DNA of 64,000 nt from an uncultured Lachnospiraceae bacterium (GTDB lineage: Bacteria; Bacillota; Clostridia; Lachnospirales; Lachnospiraceae), in the NCBI GenBank assembly GCA_947305245.1, contig CAMZDG010000005.1:26891-90890 (forward strand), in the 5' to 3' direction. The notes beneath the pieces were generated by a model that saw only the letters and a list, made by a program, of their open reading frames with translations, was not told the origin of the DNA and ran no database searches. Numbering within the stretch: position 1 is the stretch's first letter; each line of letters opens with the position of its first letter. A program made the translations under genes and the position numbers. Below, piece by piece: positions 25,316 to 34,333 of the stretch.

Positions 25316-27898
25316 ATGAAGAAGAGAAAGCTTGTAAATTGGGAAAAACCGCAGAAGAACCCAAGGATGGGTTGGAAGCATTGGTTTGCGGAAGCCGCGT
25401 GGGAATGCGCCGCGCTGCTTTTGCTGATCTTTGCTGCCGTTTCCATGCTTTCCAAATTGAACCCCAGGGACGGGGTTAGCGGTTCACATGCTTTCTGGAT
25501 GGTGCTTAGCGTGATCTTTGCGGTACTCCTTCGGGAGGGGGGGCTTTATGGGATCCTGTGCCTTTCCAAGGACGTAAAAAGGGAAACATTGATCTGGCTT
25601 CTTTGCAGGCTTATGCCCGTGCTTGTCGTGATCCCTTTGTTCCTTCGCGCGTGGAGCAGGCATGCGGAGGAGATCCGCGACGGCCTTCTTGCCGTCGCGG
25701 TGGACGTGATCACTGCTTATAACGGTGCATTTCATCGAAACATCGCCGTCAGCGGCGGAAACGAGGCGTGGATTTCGGCGGCCTTACAGTTTACGATCCT
25801 TGGGGTGTTCTTTTTGCTCCTTTTGAGCCCCGGCATCGGAAAGCGAAAATGGCAGTTTGTCCTACTGCCCGCAGCGACGACGGTTCTATTGATGTACCTG
25901 GGACTTGCGCCGGAATGGAAAGAGATCCTGTGGATGCTTGCCGGAATCCTTATGGTGCACTGCAGCCGAAGAGCGGGCGGGATCAGACCCGGCAAGGCTG
26001 TGGCCGTAGCGCTTTGCCTGGCGGGGATCTCCTTGCTTGGGCTTGCGATGGGAGCCTCCGCCGCAAGGCTTTTGGAGCGCTCTGAAGAGACCAAGCTGTT
26101 TGAGAAAGAGCTGGAGACAAACCTCAAGAATCTTTCGACTTTTTCCTTTTCCTTTGGCAGGGCGACTGTGTCGAACAAAGCGCCAAAGTACCGTGACAAG
26201 AAGATCATGACGGTACGGATGGATCAGAAACCGCAGACCAATCTGTATTTTCAGGAGGTTGGCGCCGCCGAGTATGACCATGGGGAATGGACCTCTCCTG
26301 GCAATGAGTTCTCTGCTTTTTGCGCGGAAAACGGCTTTGACGAGAAGTGGGCGGCGGAGCTCCTGTCCAGTTCCCTGTTTCAATCCATCAATCTCGAGCT
26401 GTATCAATATGAGCTGGAGTGGGCTTATTACGGCGAAAGTCAGGAAAAAGATTATGCAGTGACGCAGTATCAGGTGAAGTATCACCGTTTTAGGAATCCG
26501 TTCATGCTTCTTCCCTATGGAGTGAATACGGAAAAAACGGAAGGCATCCGCTTTGACGGAAAAGCCATCGCGCGAAAGGATCCAGGCAGGAAAACCATTT
26601 CTTTTGAGGGCTGGAACGGCAATGAATTGGAGCAAAATTCGCTGATCTATGACTGGTCCGGAAGAAATATGGAGCGCGGATCCAAAGAGAAAGCCTTCTG
26701 GGAGAAATACAATGAATTCGCGCAAGAACACTATCTGTCCTATCCCGATTACATAAAGACGCTGGATTCTTATCCCTATTATCGGGCCGTCATGGATGCC
26801 GAGAATAGCTCCTACAAGCGCGTGGAATATGTGATCCTGGACAAGGATGCGATGGATTCGCTTTGGGAGTTTGTGGATGAAAACGGCGCGCTGCAGGGAT
26901 TTGATGCAGACTGGCTCAATGAAATTATGGTTCCGGTCGAGTATAACGAGATGTCAAATACCGGGCGGGTTCAGGTGACGCTGAATCTGAGCGAGGTCAT
27001 GACGGGGACAAATTCCATTTACAGCTGGGCCTTGGATGAGCTCGGGCCCGACCAGGATCCAGTGGAATATTTCCTGAGAAACAGGAGAAAGGGATATTGC
27101 ACGCATTATGCCTCGGCAGCAGTTTTCCTCCTTCGCAGCGTGGGCATCCCCGCGAGATTTGCTTCCGGATATATGTTAAAGCCTTATGCCTTTGTCGAGC
27201 AGTCGGACGGGAGCTATGCGGCGGAGGTGATCGACCGGAACGGGCATGCCTGGGTGGAGATTTATTTGAACGACATCGGCTGGATCCCCGTTGAAATGAC
27301 GCCAGGCTATGGAGCGGATCAGACGACCATGCCGACGGATAAGGACATGGAGGAGCTTCGGCGCGCGCAGGAGAAAACGCAGGAGGCACAGGCGACGCCT
27401 TCGCCAACGCCGGAAGTGACGCCCTCGCCGACGCCTGAGGCGACGAACAAGCCAGAGGAGACGACGGCGCCCAAGGAGACCAAGGCACCGAAAAATCCGG
27501 AAGGGAAGGAAGGAAAGCACTCAGAAGGGACGGATACAAAAGTCTATGCCTGGATCGCGGCCGCAGTCTTGGCGCTTGCCATCCTATTTGTCATTCTTGA
27601 GCGCAGGAGAGCCGCGAAAAAAAGGCTCCAGATGGCACTGAAGCGGAAGTATTATAAAGCGGCGGTGGTGATGATGAACCGGCGCGTCTACCGAAAATTG
27701 CGGAAAAAAAGCAAGATCAGGAAGAGAAATCTCACGGACAGGGATTTCGAAGAGATGCTCATTTCGGCGTTTGGAGAAGAAAAAAGGAGTAGGATCGCAG
27801 AGTATATGCGCGTGGTGAAGGCGGCGGCCTTTTCCGACGGAAAGCTTTCCAAAGAGGACTGCAAGCTTGTCTGGCGGATTTATAAAACGGTCACCTGA
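25316..27898 (+). CDS. Membrane transglutaminase-like (TgpA-type) protein
   Basis: Multi-TM N-terminus; GYCTHYASA, GHAWVEIY, VEMTPG; Pro/Thr linker and C-terminal TM. Confidence 0.9.
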   Translation: MKKRKLVNWEKPQKNPRMGWKHWFAEAAWECAALLLLIFAAVSMLSKLNPRDGVSGSHAFWMVLSVIFAVLLREGGLYGILCLSKDVKRETLIWLLCRLMPVLVVIPLFLRAWSRHAEEIRDGLLAVAVDVITAYNGAFHRNIAVSGGNEAWISAALQFTILGVFFLLLLSPGIGKRKWQFVLLPAATTVLLMYLGLAPEWKEILWMLAGILMVHCSRRAGGIRPGKAVAVALCLAGISLLGLAMGASAARLLERSEETKLFEKELETNLKNLSTFSFSFGRATVSNKAPKYRDKKIMTVRMDQKPQTNLYFQEVGAAEYDHGEWTSPGNEFSAFCAENGFDEKWAAELLSSSLFQSINLELYQYELEWAYYGESQEKDYAVTQYQVKYHRFRNPFMLLPYGVNTEKTEGIRFDGKAIARKDPGRKTISFEGWNGNELEQNSLIYDWSGRNMERGSKEKAFWEKYNEFAQEHYLSYPDYIKTLDSYPYYRAVMDAENSSYKRVEYVILDKDAMDSLWEFVDENGALQGFDADWLNEIMVPVEYNEMSNTGRVQVTLNLSEVMTGTNSIYSWALDELGPDQDPVEYFLRNRRKGYCTHYASAAVFLLRSVGIPARFASGYMLKPYAFVEQSDGSYAAEVIDRNGHAWVEIYLNDIGWIPVEMTPGYGADQTTMPTDKDMEELRRAQEKTQEAQATPSPTPEVTPSPTPEATNKPEETTAPKETKAPKNPEGKEGKHSEGTDTKVYAWIAAAVLALAILFVILERRRAAKKRLQMALKRKYYKAAVVMMNRRVYRKLRKKSKIRKRNLTDRDFEEMLISAFGEEKRSRIAEYMRVVKAAAFSDGKLSKEDCKLVWRIYKTVT

Positions 27899-27938
27899 GG
27901 CAAGTTTCCGCGCAGGGCGGGCATTTGACGACGGTGCA

Positions 27939-27967
27939 TGGACATTTTCGAAAGTCGATGTTATAAT
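27939..27967 (+). promoter_or_regulatory. Near-consensus sigma70 promoter of the ExbBD-like operon
   Basis: TGGACA-N17-TATAAT with extended -10 TG. Confidence 0.75.
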
Positions 27968-28027
27968 AGAATCAGGAATCTGTTTCTGAAAGAAAAGTTT
28001 CGATTGATTCTATGGGAGGTTACGGCT

Positions 28028-28564
28028 ATGGTTGGTTTTCTGGCAAAGTACATGAACTGGATCATTATTCTCGGCGGCTTGATCGTGCTCTTTTTCCTGA
28101 TCAAGAATTATATCAAGCTGTATAACAAAAAGAGCTTTATTCATGACGCCATGAACAGGAAGAATAAAGAATCCTATCTCAACGCCGCAACGGGTGAGGT
28201 AGAGGAGAGGGAGATCTCTGAGGCGGTGACGCCGGACACGATCCGTGATTATGAGAAATCCTTTAATGAGGTGGTCTCCGGATATAATGCCTGCACGCAG
28301 TTTATTCCGCTGTTCCCGCTTCTTGGTATTCTTGGCACCGTTTCCGGTCTCGTGGAACAGCTGAAGGCGCAGAACCTTGATGAGATGTTCAAGTCTTTGG
28401 ACGTGGCGCTGACCTCCACCTTCTGGGGCCTGATCGTTACCATTATCCTGAAGATCTTTGCCACCGTGTCCGCAAAGCTGATCGAGGATACGGAGATTGT
28501 TCTGGATGACTATGACAAGAAGTTTGATAACTCCGTGAAGCTCGGAAATATCACTTCCGAGTAA
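28028..28564 (+). CDS. MotA/TolQ/ExbB-family ion-channel subunit, 178 aa
   Basis: FPLLGILGTVSGL and ALTSTFWGL TM motifs; 3 TM; ATG 28028 after GGGAGGT. Confidence 0.85.
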   Translation: MVGFLAKYMNWIIILGGLIVLFFLIKNYIKLYNKKSFIHDAMNRKNKESYLNAATGEVEEREISEAVTPDTIRDYEKSFNEVVSGYNACTQFIPLFPLLGILGTVSGLVEQLKAQNLDEMFKSLDVALTSTFWGLIVTIILKIFATVSAKLIEDTEIVLDDYDKKFDNSVKLGNITSE

Positions 28565-28608
28565 GTAACGAAACAAGGCATAACATCGCTATTCATTTTG
28601 GAGGGAAT

Positions 28609-29160
28609 ATGAAAAAGAGGAGACATCGGGCGAAAGCAGATATCCTGATCGACCTGACTTCCTTACTCGACGTCATATTCATTGTACTGCTCGTCGTGAT
28701 CGGACGGCAGATGAATCTGACGGAGAGGCAGGCGGAGCAGGTGCAGGCCGCCGTGGCAGTGGAAGAAGCCATGGCCAAGGCGCAGGAAGCTCAGGCGGAA
28801 TATGAACTGTACATGGATCAGGTGGACACGGCGGAGACGATCGGACAATATGTCTGCGTGATCTCTGTGTATGCCTATTATGATGAGGCGGACATTACGG
28901 AACGGCACATAAAGGTCTTTCGGAAGGGGGATGCGGATCCCTTTGCCACCATTGACCTCAAGGGGGAGAACGTAGAAACGCCTTTAAATCAGCTGAAATC
29001 CGTGATCGAAGAGTATGCAACGAAGAATGACGATCTTCCCGTGATACTGACCTTGAACGAGAATGACGAGAAGATCCTGTATCGAGATGAGAAAGCCATC
29101 AGGGGTATTTTTCAGGATTTAGCAGATATGGACACATTACCTAATGTTTTTTTGAAGTAG
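28609..29160 (+). CDS. ExbD/TolR-like single-TM partner
   Basis: IDLTSLLDVIFIVLL (conserved TM Asp), coiled-coil stalk, extracellular domain; no OmpA-like motif. Confidence 0.75.
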   Translation: MKKRRHRAKADILIDLTSLLDVIFIVLLVVIGRQMNLTERQAEQVQAAVAVEEAMAKAQEAQAEYELYMDQVDTAETIGQYVCVISVYAYYDEADITERHIKVFRKGDADPFATIDLKGENVETPLNQLKSVIEEYATKNDDLPVILTLNENDEKILYRDEKAIRGIFQDLADMDTLPNVFLK

Positions 29161-29171
29161 GAGAAGGGCTT

Positions 29172-29783
29172 ATGATAGCAATCCTGTTAATGGTGGTGGG
29201 AGGGATCCTCGCCATCGCCGGTTTTCTGGGACTAATGGCACTCATGATCGAACCGGTGCACACGATGTACATGGTCATCTTCAAGCGAAAGGATGACTAT
29301 GTCTACTATGAGACCAAGCCCGGAAAAGCCCTGCTGCAGAGAAATAAAAAGAGCCTTGGGGGTTCCTGTCTGTTTTTCATGATCGTCGGGATCCTTCTGT
29401 TCGCGTTGGGCTTTTTCCTGAAATTTAGTCCGAGAGGCCTGGATTCCCTGTTCTCCAAGCAGGTGGACAGCGGGACTGGCGTCGGGGATGCGGAGTCCGA
29501 CAAGGGCATCAAAGAGGCGGTGAACGCTGCCGGAAATTACGTGGATGAGGCAGGGGAAGAGTACTATGATTATCTGATCATTCACCAGACTTCCATTCAG
29601 TATCGGGATCAAAAGAAGATGACGATCGGGGAATTCGAGGAATTCTTAGAGGGCCTTAGGAAGCAAAACGGAAAGAGAACCTTTTATCTGGTAGATGACT
29701 TCGCCTCCGCGCAGACCTTTCATCGGGTGGAGCAGCTGATCGAAGCGGGCGGCATGGACTATCTGGGAGGAGGCGGCAAATGA
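29172..29783 (+). CDS. Hypothetical 2-TM protein with an extracellular domain
   Basis: Two hydrophobic helices; C-terminal FYLVDDFA domain; operonic. Confidence 0.65.
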   Translation: MIAILLMVVGGILAIAGFLGLMALMIEPVHTMYMVIFKRKDDYVYYETKPGKALLQRNKKSLGGSCLFFMIVGILLFALGFFLKFSPRGLDSLFSKQVDSGTGVGDAESDKGIKEAVNAAGNYVDEAGEEYYDYLIIHQTSIQYRDQKKMTIGEFEEFLEGLRKQNGKRTFYLVDDFASAQTFHRVEQLIEAGGMDYLGGGGK

Positions 29784-30211
29784 CAAGAAAAACGAAAAGA
29801 ATCCTTCTTGTACTGAGCGTTCTTTGCCTGACCTTTCTGGCCGGATTTGCAGTAAAGACGGTGCAGCTCCTCAACGAGAATCCGCCTCTGATCGACTTAA
29901 ATACCGCCATTGTGGAAGCAAAGTTTGGAAAGAACGGCAATGAAGCCCATGCGGATGGAGAGGAACCGGACAAGAACTCCGAGAAACCGGGGAAAACCAT
30001 TAAGATCAGGGTTTGCGGCGAAGCGGTCTGGATGGAAGAGCACAGATATTTCTCATTGGACAATCTGAACACAAGGATCATCAGCAATTATAAGGAGGGC
30101 GACGAGATCCTGCTGATCGATGATTATGCGGAAGCACATTTTTACAGGGAAGTCCTTGCCATTCTTGAAAAGCTGAATGCGGAGAGTGGCTTCGCATACG
30201 CGGCGGATTAG
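29780..30211 (+). CDS. Hypothetical single-TM protein, C-domain paralogous to the previous gene
   Basis: ATGA overlap; ILLIDDYAEAHFYREV versus FYLVDDFASAQTFHRV. Confidence 0.65.
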   Translation: MTRKTKRILLVLSVLCLTFLAGFAVKTVQLLNENPPLIDLNTAIVEAKFGKNGNEAHADGEEPDKNSEKPGKTIKIRVCGEAVWMEEHRYFSLDNLNTRIISNYKEGDEILLIDDYAEAHFYREVLAILEKLNAESGFAYAAD

Positions 30212-30222
30212 GAGGTGGAAGC

Positions 30223-31197
30223 ATGAAGAGTAAGAGAAAAATCGCTTTCCTTATGTGCCTCCTGATGATGGCAACCTTTCTCTTTGCCGGCTTCTTAAAG
30301 CCCAAGGAGATGGCCCTGGATGCAGAGAAGGTGATCGTTTATAAAAATGAGTCCGCAGAGAATTTCCTGATCCTGATCTATTCCAACCCCGCAGCGGCGA
30401 AGGAGCGTTATAAGGATCAGTATTTCATGATGTATGGAAAGGTTCGGTCCAAGGACAGATCCAACAAGCAGTTAAAGCTTGCCATGGTTTCCGGTCTCTC
30501 GAAAGAGACGCTGCAGTGCAATGCCAGTCAGGAGGACGTGATCGAATCCGTGTCGGAGCTTCGGGCAGGGGACGTCGTCAGAGTCTATGGAAAGCTGAGC
30601 TTAAGCCTGCTTGGAAAATGGAGCATGTCCATCGATAAGATTGAGGCGACCTCCGAGAAGACGGTCTCCCGAACGGCGTATTCCGTGATCGGCGGAAAGA
30701 CCATAGATCAGACGCAGACGCAGGAAAGAACCCTAAACCAGGGGCGGATCCATCTTTATATCCCGAAGGAATGGGTCTCCGTGGAGTATGACATGATCGA
30801 TTCCGGTCTCGGGACCATGGAGGGCTTCCAATACCGCTTAAATGAGATCAATCATCAGTCCGTTCAACCGGAGAGCCTCTTTGTCTGCTATTTTGACAAT
30901 GAAAAATTCCTGCTCCACTCCAGCGATAAAACGGAGACGGAAGGCATCGAGAGAGCCATCGTGAACAATATCATCAAGATGGATCCCGGGAAGCCGGAAA
31001 AAAAGAAGGTCACCCATTACGGAGCGGAGTACCATTATTATCAGGAAGCATATAAAACGGCGCTCGGTCAAAACTATCACGCAGAGTTTATCTTCCAGCC
31101 GGTTGGCACGCAGGGATTCATCGTCTACTTGTATGTTTATCTGGAAAAGAGCCATTTGGACGACGTCATGATGTTTCTTCGGATGGTGGAGCAGTAA
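30223..31197 (+). CDS. Exported/anchored protein: OB-fold (tRNA_anti-like) + PsbP-like domain
   Basis: N-terminal hydrophobic helix; YSNPAAAKERYKDQYFMMYGKV; IHLYIPKEW. Confidence 0.55.
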   Translation: MKSKRKIAFLMCLLMMATFLFAGFLKPKEMALDAEKVIVYKNESAENFLILIYSNPAAAKERYKDQYFMMYGKVRSKDRSNKQLKLAMVSGLSKETLQCNASQEDVIESVSELRAGDVVRVYGKLSLSLLGKWSMSIDKIEATSEKTVSRTAYSVIGGKTIDQTQTQERTLNQGRIHLYIPKEWVSVEYDMIDSGLGTMEGFQYRLNEINHQSVQPESLFVCYFDNEKFLLHSSDKTETEGIERAIVNNIIKMDPGKPEKKKVTHYGAEYHYYQEAYKTALGQNYHAEFIFQPVGTQGFIVYLYVYLEKSHLDDVMMFLRMVEQ

Positions 31198-31213
31198 CAT
31201 AAAACCTTCGGGA

Positions 31214-31239
31214 GGCTGTTGCAAAGGCAGCAGCCTTTC
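31214..31239 (+). terminator. Probable terminator
   Basis: GGCTGTTGC-AAAG-GCAGCAGCC followed by TTT. Confidence 0.55.
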
Positions 31240-31260
31240 CTAGTAAATGAAAGGAAAAAA

Positions 31261-33222
31261 ATGAAACAGAAAATATTTGGTTTACTTCTAGCGCTGATGT
31301 TAGCCGTCAGCGCTACGGCTTGTACGGATACGGGTACGCTTGAGACCTCTAAGGGGGAGTCCGTCAGCAAGGAAAGCCAGACGGGGAAGGAATCTGACGA
31401 CGCGGGAGCCAGTCAGGAATCCAATGGCACAGAAACGGTGCAGGGATCCGAAATGAGTCTGCCGGTCGCCAAGATCTCGTCGGAAGATAATAGGTATATC
31501 TTCCGAAGCTATTATACAAATCATTATACGATCACTGACAATCACTGCAAAATCATCGCAGAGTATGATTTTATGGCCCTTTGCAGAAAACTATATGACG
31601 CCGGAAAGGGTAATTTCGAATACGCGTCAATCCGCGCCGTCGGGGAGGACGTCCTGTACGTGGAGAAGCAGGATCAGGTTGGAGACGCCTATGTCAGACA
31701 GGCGTATGCCATTGATCCAAAGACGCTGGATACGTTTTTGCTTTATACCCCGGAAGAGGGCTGGTGGTGGTCTGAAACAGATGTTTATCAGGGAAAGGTT
31801 TACGTAACGGCATTCGCATATGATGCAATGAGGAGCAAAGAGCTCGTCTTTGTCAAGGATCCGAATGGTTTTACGTATCACGAGGAAAAGAATCCGAACG
31901 AAGCACTGATCGAAAACTTAAACGGATATAGGCCCATTCCATTTTCTCCCAGTTTGAACGCGCAGTGCAGCATCACTCGCGCGATGGATGAAGTAGGTTT
32001 TGTCATCGCAGAAAAGGATAATAAATACTATTCCTTGATCACGAGGGACGGGAAGGTCATCGAAGTTCCGGAGCTTCCCCAAGGGCCACTTCGCATTTCG
32101 GCCTACGACAATAAGGGCATCGTATATTATGCCAACGATGAGTCCGGACTTTACGGAATGTACTGCCTGAACCTGGAGACCAGACAGAGCAGACCCATTG
32201 TCAAGGATGATGAGAGATATGAAGCGTTCCTTGCCTATGCGGACGGGAAAATATACTATTACACGCAGTCAGAAGGGTTCATTCACGTAACGAATACGGT
32301 TTGGCAATATGACGTTACCACGGGAAGTGAAAAGAAGCTTTATGCGATGGAATCGACGCCTGGCATAGCCTATATCGATCCCGGCGTAGAGGAGTTTCGG
32401 CTGATCGACGGCGAAATCTATTTCGTCGGGCTCAATGGAACTACGGACGTGTGGCTTCGCGCTACGCCAAATGGAGAGACGGTAAGCTTATGGAGTACGG
32501 GGATCTATTGGTCAGACCTCAGTGAAAATCTTTTCGTCCGGGGCACCGTGATCTATGATACATATTCTTTCAATTGTCCATACTGTGGTATTCCGCTGGA
32601 GAAGTATTACGGCGAGGCTTTCCAGGTGAAGGAGCATCTGTCCGCCTATGCGGATAAGATCAATGAGCAGCTTCGCGCGGATCTGCAGCAGAAGATCAAC
32701 GACTATCAGAAAAACGAAACGCAGGAGTGGACGGACGAAGAGTGTGAGGAACACCTGGAGATGCCGATCATCTATTGTGTGACCGTGGAAGAGTACGTAG
32801 ATGATGCGTACATATTAAGTGATCAATATCTGGCGGTGGAATATAGCGGTTATTGGTATGGCGGCGGCGCGCATGGCATGCCATATATGTCACAGGACTT
32901 GTTTGACCTAAAGACTGGAGAGAGAAAGACGTTCAAGGATTTTTATGACGGTTCGAACGAAAGCTTTAAGAAGCTTGCCGCTGAATATACCAAGAAGGAT
33001 TTCTTAAGCTATCCGGAGGGCTCTTCTCCTTATTTTGCGGAGGACGCGGAGACGGTTTATCAGCAGGCTTATGATGCGGCGTCCATTGAATACTCCCATA
33101 TTTCATTCCAGACCTATGGCATTTACCTGATCTATGATCCCTATGAGATGGGGCCGTATGCATCCGGATTCATTGAGATCTACATTCCTTATGAAGAACT
33201 GTTGGGAAGATATTCTTTATAA
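31261..33222 (+). CDS. Large lipoprotein: beta-propeller-like N-terminal part and RsiV/DUF3298-like C-terminal domain, 653 aa
   Basis: Lipobox ATAC; YWYGGGAHG..FDLKTG; YDPYEMGPYASG. Confidence 0.7.
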   Translation: MKQKIFGLLLALMLAVSATACTDTGTLETSKGESVSKESQTGKESDDAGASQESNGTETVQGSEMSLPVAKISSEDNRYIFRSYYTNHYTITDNHCKIIAEYDFMALCRKLYDAGKGNFEYASIRAVGEDVLYVEKQDQVGDAYVRQAYAIDPKTLDTFLLYTPEEGWWWSETDVYQGKVYVTAFAYDAMRSKELVFVKDPNGFTYHEEKNPNEALIENLNGYRPIPFSPSLNAQCSITRAMDEVGFVIAEKDNKYYSLITRDGKVIEVPELPQGPLRISAYDNKGIVYYANDESGLYGMYCLNLETRQSRPIVKDDERYEAFLAYADGKIYYYTQSEGFIHVTNTVWQYDVTTGSEKKLYAMESTPGIAYIDPGVEEFRLIDGEIYFVGLNGTTDVWLRATPNGETVSLWSTGIYWSDLSENLFVRGTVIYDTYSFNCPYCGIPLEKYYGEAFQVKEHLSAYADKINEQLRADLQQKINDYQKNETQEWTDEECEEHLEMPIIYCVTVEEYVDDAYILSDQYLAVEYSGYWYGGGAHGMPYMSQDLFDLKTGERKTFKDFYDGSNESFKKLAAEYTKKDFLSYPEGSSPYFAEDAETVYQQAYDAASIEYSHISFQTYGIYLIYDPYEMGPYASGFIEIYIPYEELLGRYSL

Positions 33223-33250
33223 GATAAATATGTTTTAGGAGGGTTATCAG

Positions 33251-34333
33251 ATGAAAAAGATTTGGCCATTGGACACTGCAGTATCATTCGATCCCTATTT
33301 CGGGGAGCCGAACCGCGACGGAGATCAGGGATATGAGATCCTTCCCGACGGGAAGGTGAAATTCCGCATCAAGGCACCCTTTGCGAAGGAAGTTGCCATC
33401 GATCAGTTTGGGACAGTCACGAAGCTGGAGAAGGTGACGGAGGAGGAATGGGAAGGCGCCGTGGATCTGGGAAGAGGCTTTAAGTATTTCTTCTTAAAGA
33501 TCGACGGAAATGAGGTTTTGAATCCCTATCTGCCCATCGGTTATGGGTGCTGCCGCCCCATGAACTTTGTGGACGTGCCCGTGCCCGGAGAGGAGGACTG
33601 GGACGTACTTCCCGGCATTCCGCACGGTGCAGTGACCAGAAGATATTTCCCTTCTTCCGTGAGCGGAAAGCTCGAGATCTGCATGATCTATACGCCTGCA
33701 AATTATGATCCCGCGAAGAAATATCCCGTGCTTTACCTGCAGCATGGCTACGGTGAGAATGAGACGGGCTGGATCTATCAGGGCCATGCGGGAAGGATTG
33801 CGGACAAGCTGATCTATGAGGGGAAGATGACGGAGATGATCATCGTCATGGGAAATGGCATGACCCAGTGCGACGATCCCGCGAAGAGATTTGGCCTCTT
33901 TATCGAGGTGTTCCTAAAGGATCTGATCCCGTTCATTGAGAGCACCTACAACGTATATACGGACAAGTGGCATCGCGCCATGGCAGGCCTTAGCATGGGC
34001 AGCTATCAGACCAGCATGATCACCATGACGAATCCTGACATGTTCAGCCATGTCGGCGTGTTCAGCGGCTTTATGAGCTTCCCTCGCCCGGATGGTTCGA
34101 AGGAGGCACACCTGGAGATCCTCGAGGATGCAGAGAAATTCAACTCCAGCTTCAAGGTATTCTACCGCGCGATGGGCACGGAGGATAATTACTTTGACAG
34201 CTTCGCAAGGGATGATGAAATGTTAAAGGGAAAGCCCCTGAACATTACCAGAAAGACTTTCCCCGGCGGCCACGACTGGAGCGTGTGGAGAAGATGCATC
34301 CACGACTTCCTGCCGATGATCTTTCAAGACTGA
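33251..34333 (+). CDS. Cytoplasmic CE1-type esterase with an N-terminal Ig-like/CBM48-like domain
   Basis: KYPVLYLQHG, AGLSMG, GGHDWSVWR; no signal peptide. Confidence 0.88.
   Translation: MKKIWPLDTAVSFDPYFGEPNRDGDQGYEILPDGKVKFRIKAPFAKEVAIDQFGTVTKLEKVTEEEWEGAVDLGRGFKYFFLKIDGNEVLNPYLPIGYGCCRPMNFVDVPVPGEEDWDVLPGIPHGAVTRRYFPSSVSGKLEICMIYTPANYDPAKKYPVLYLQHGYGENETGWIYQGHAGRIADKLIYEGKMTEMIIVMGNGMTQCDDPAKRFGLFIEVFLKDLIPFIESTYNVYTDKWHRAMAGLSMGSYQTSMITMTNPDMFSHVGVFSGFMSFPRPDGSKEAHLEILEDAEKFNSSFKVFYRAMGTEDNYFDSFARDDEMLKGKPLNITRKTFPGGHDWSVWRRCIHDFLPMIFQD

Noticed and set aside
28028-29160. Zorya ZorAB or flagellar MotAB
   Set aside because: No long ZorA cytoplasmic tail, no OmpA-like peptidoglycan-binding domain, no ZorC/D/E and no flagellar or chemotaxis genes; the TM motif is ExbD/TolR-like
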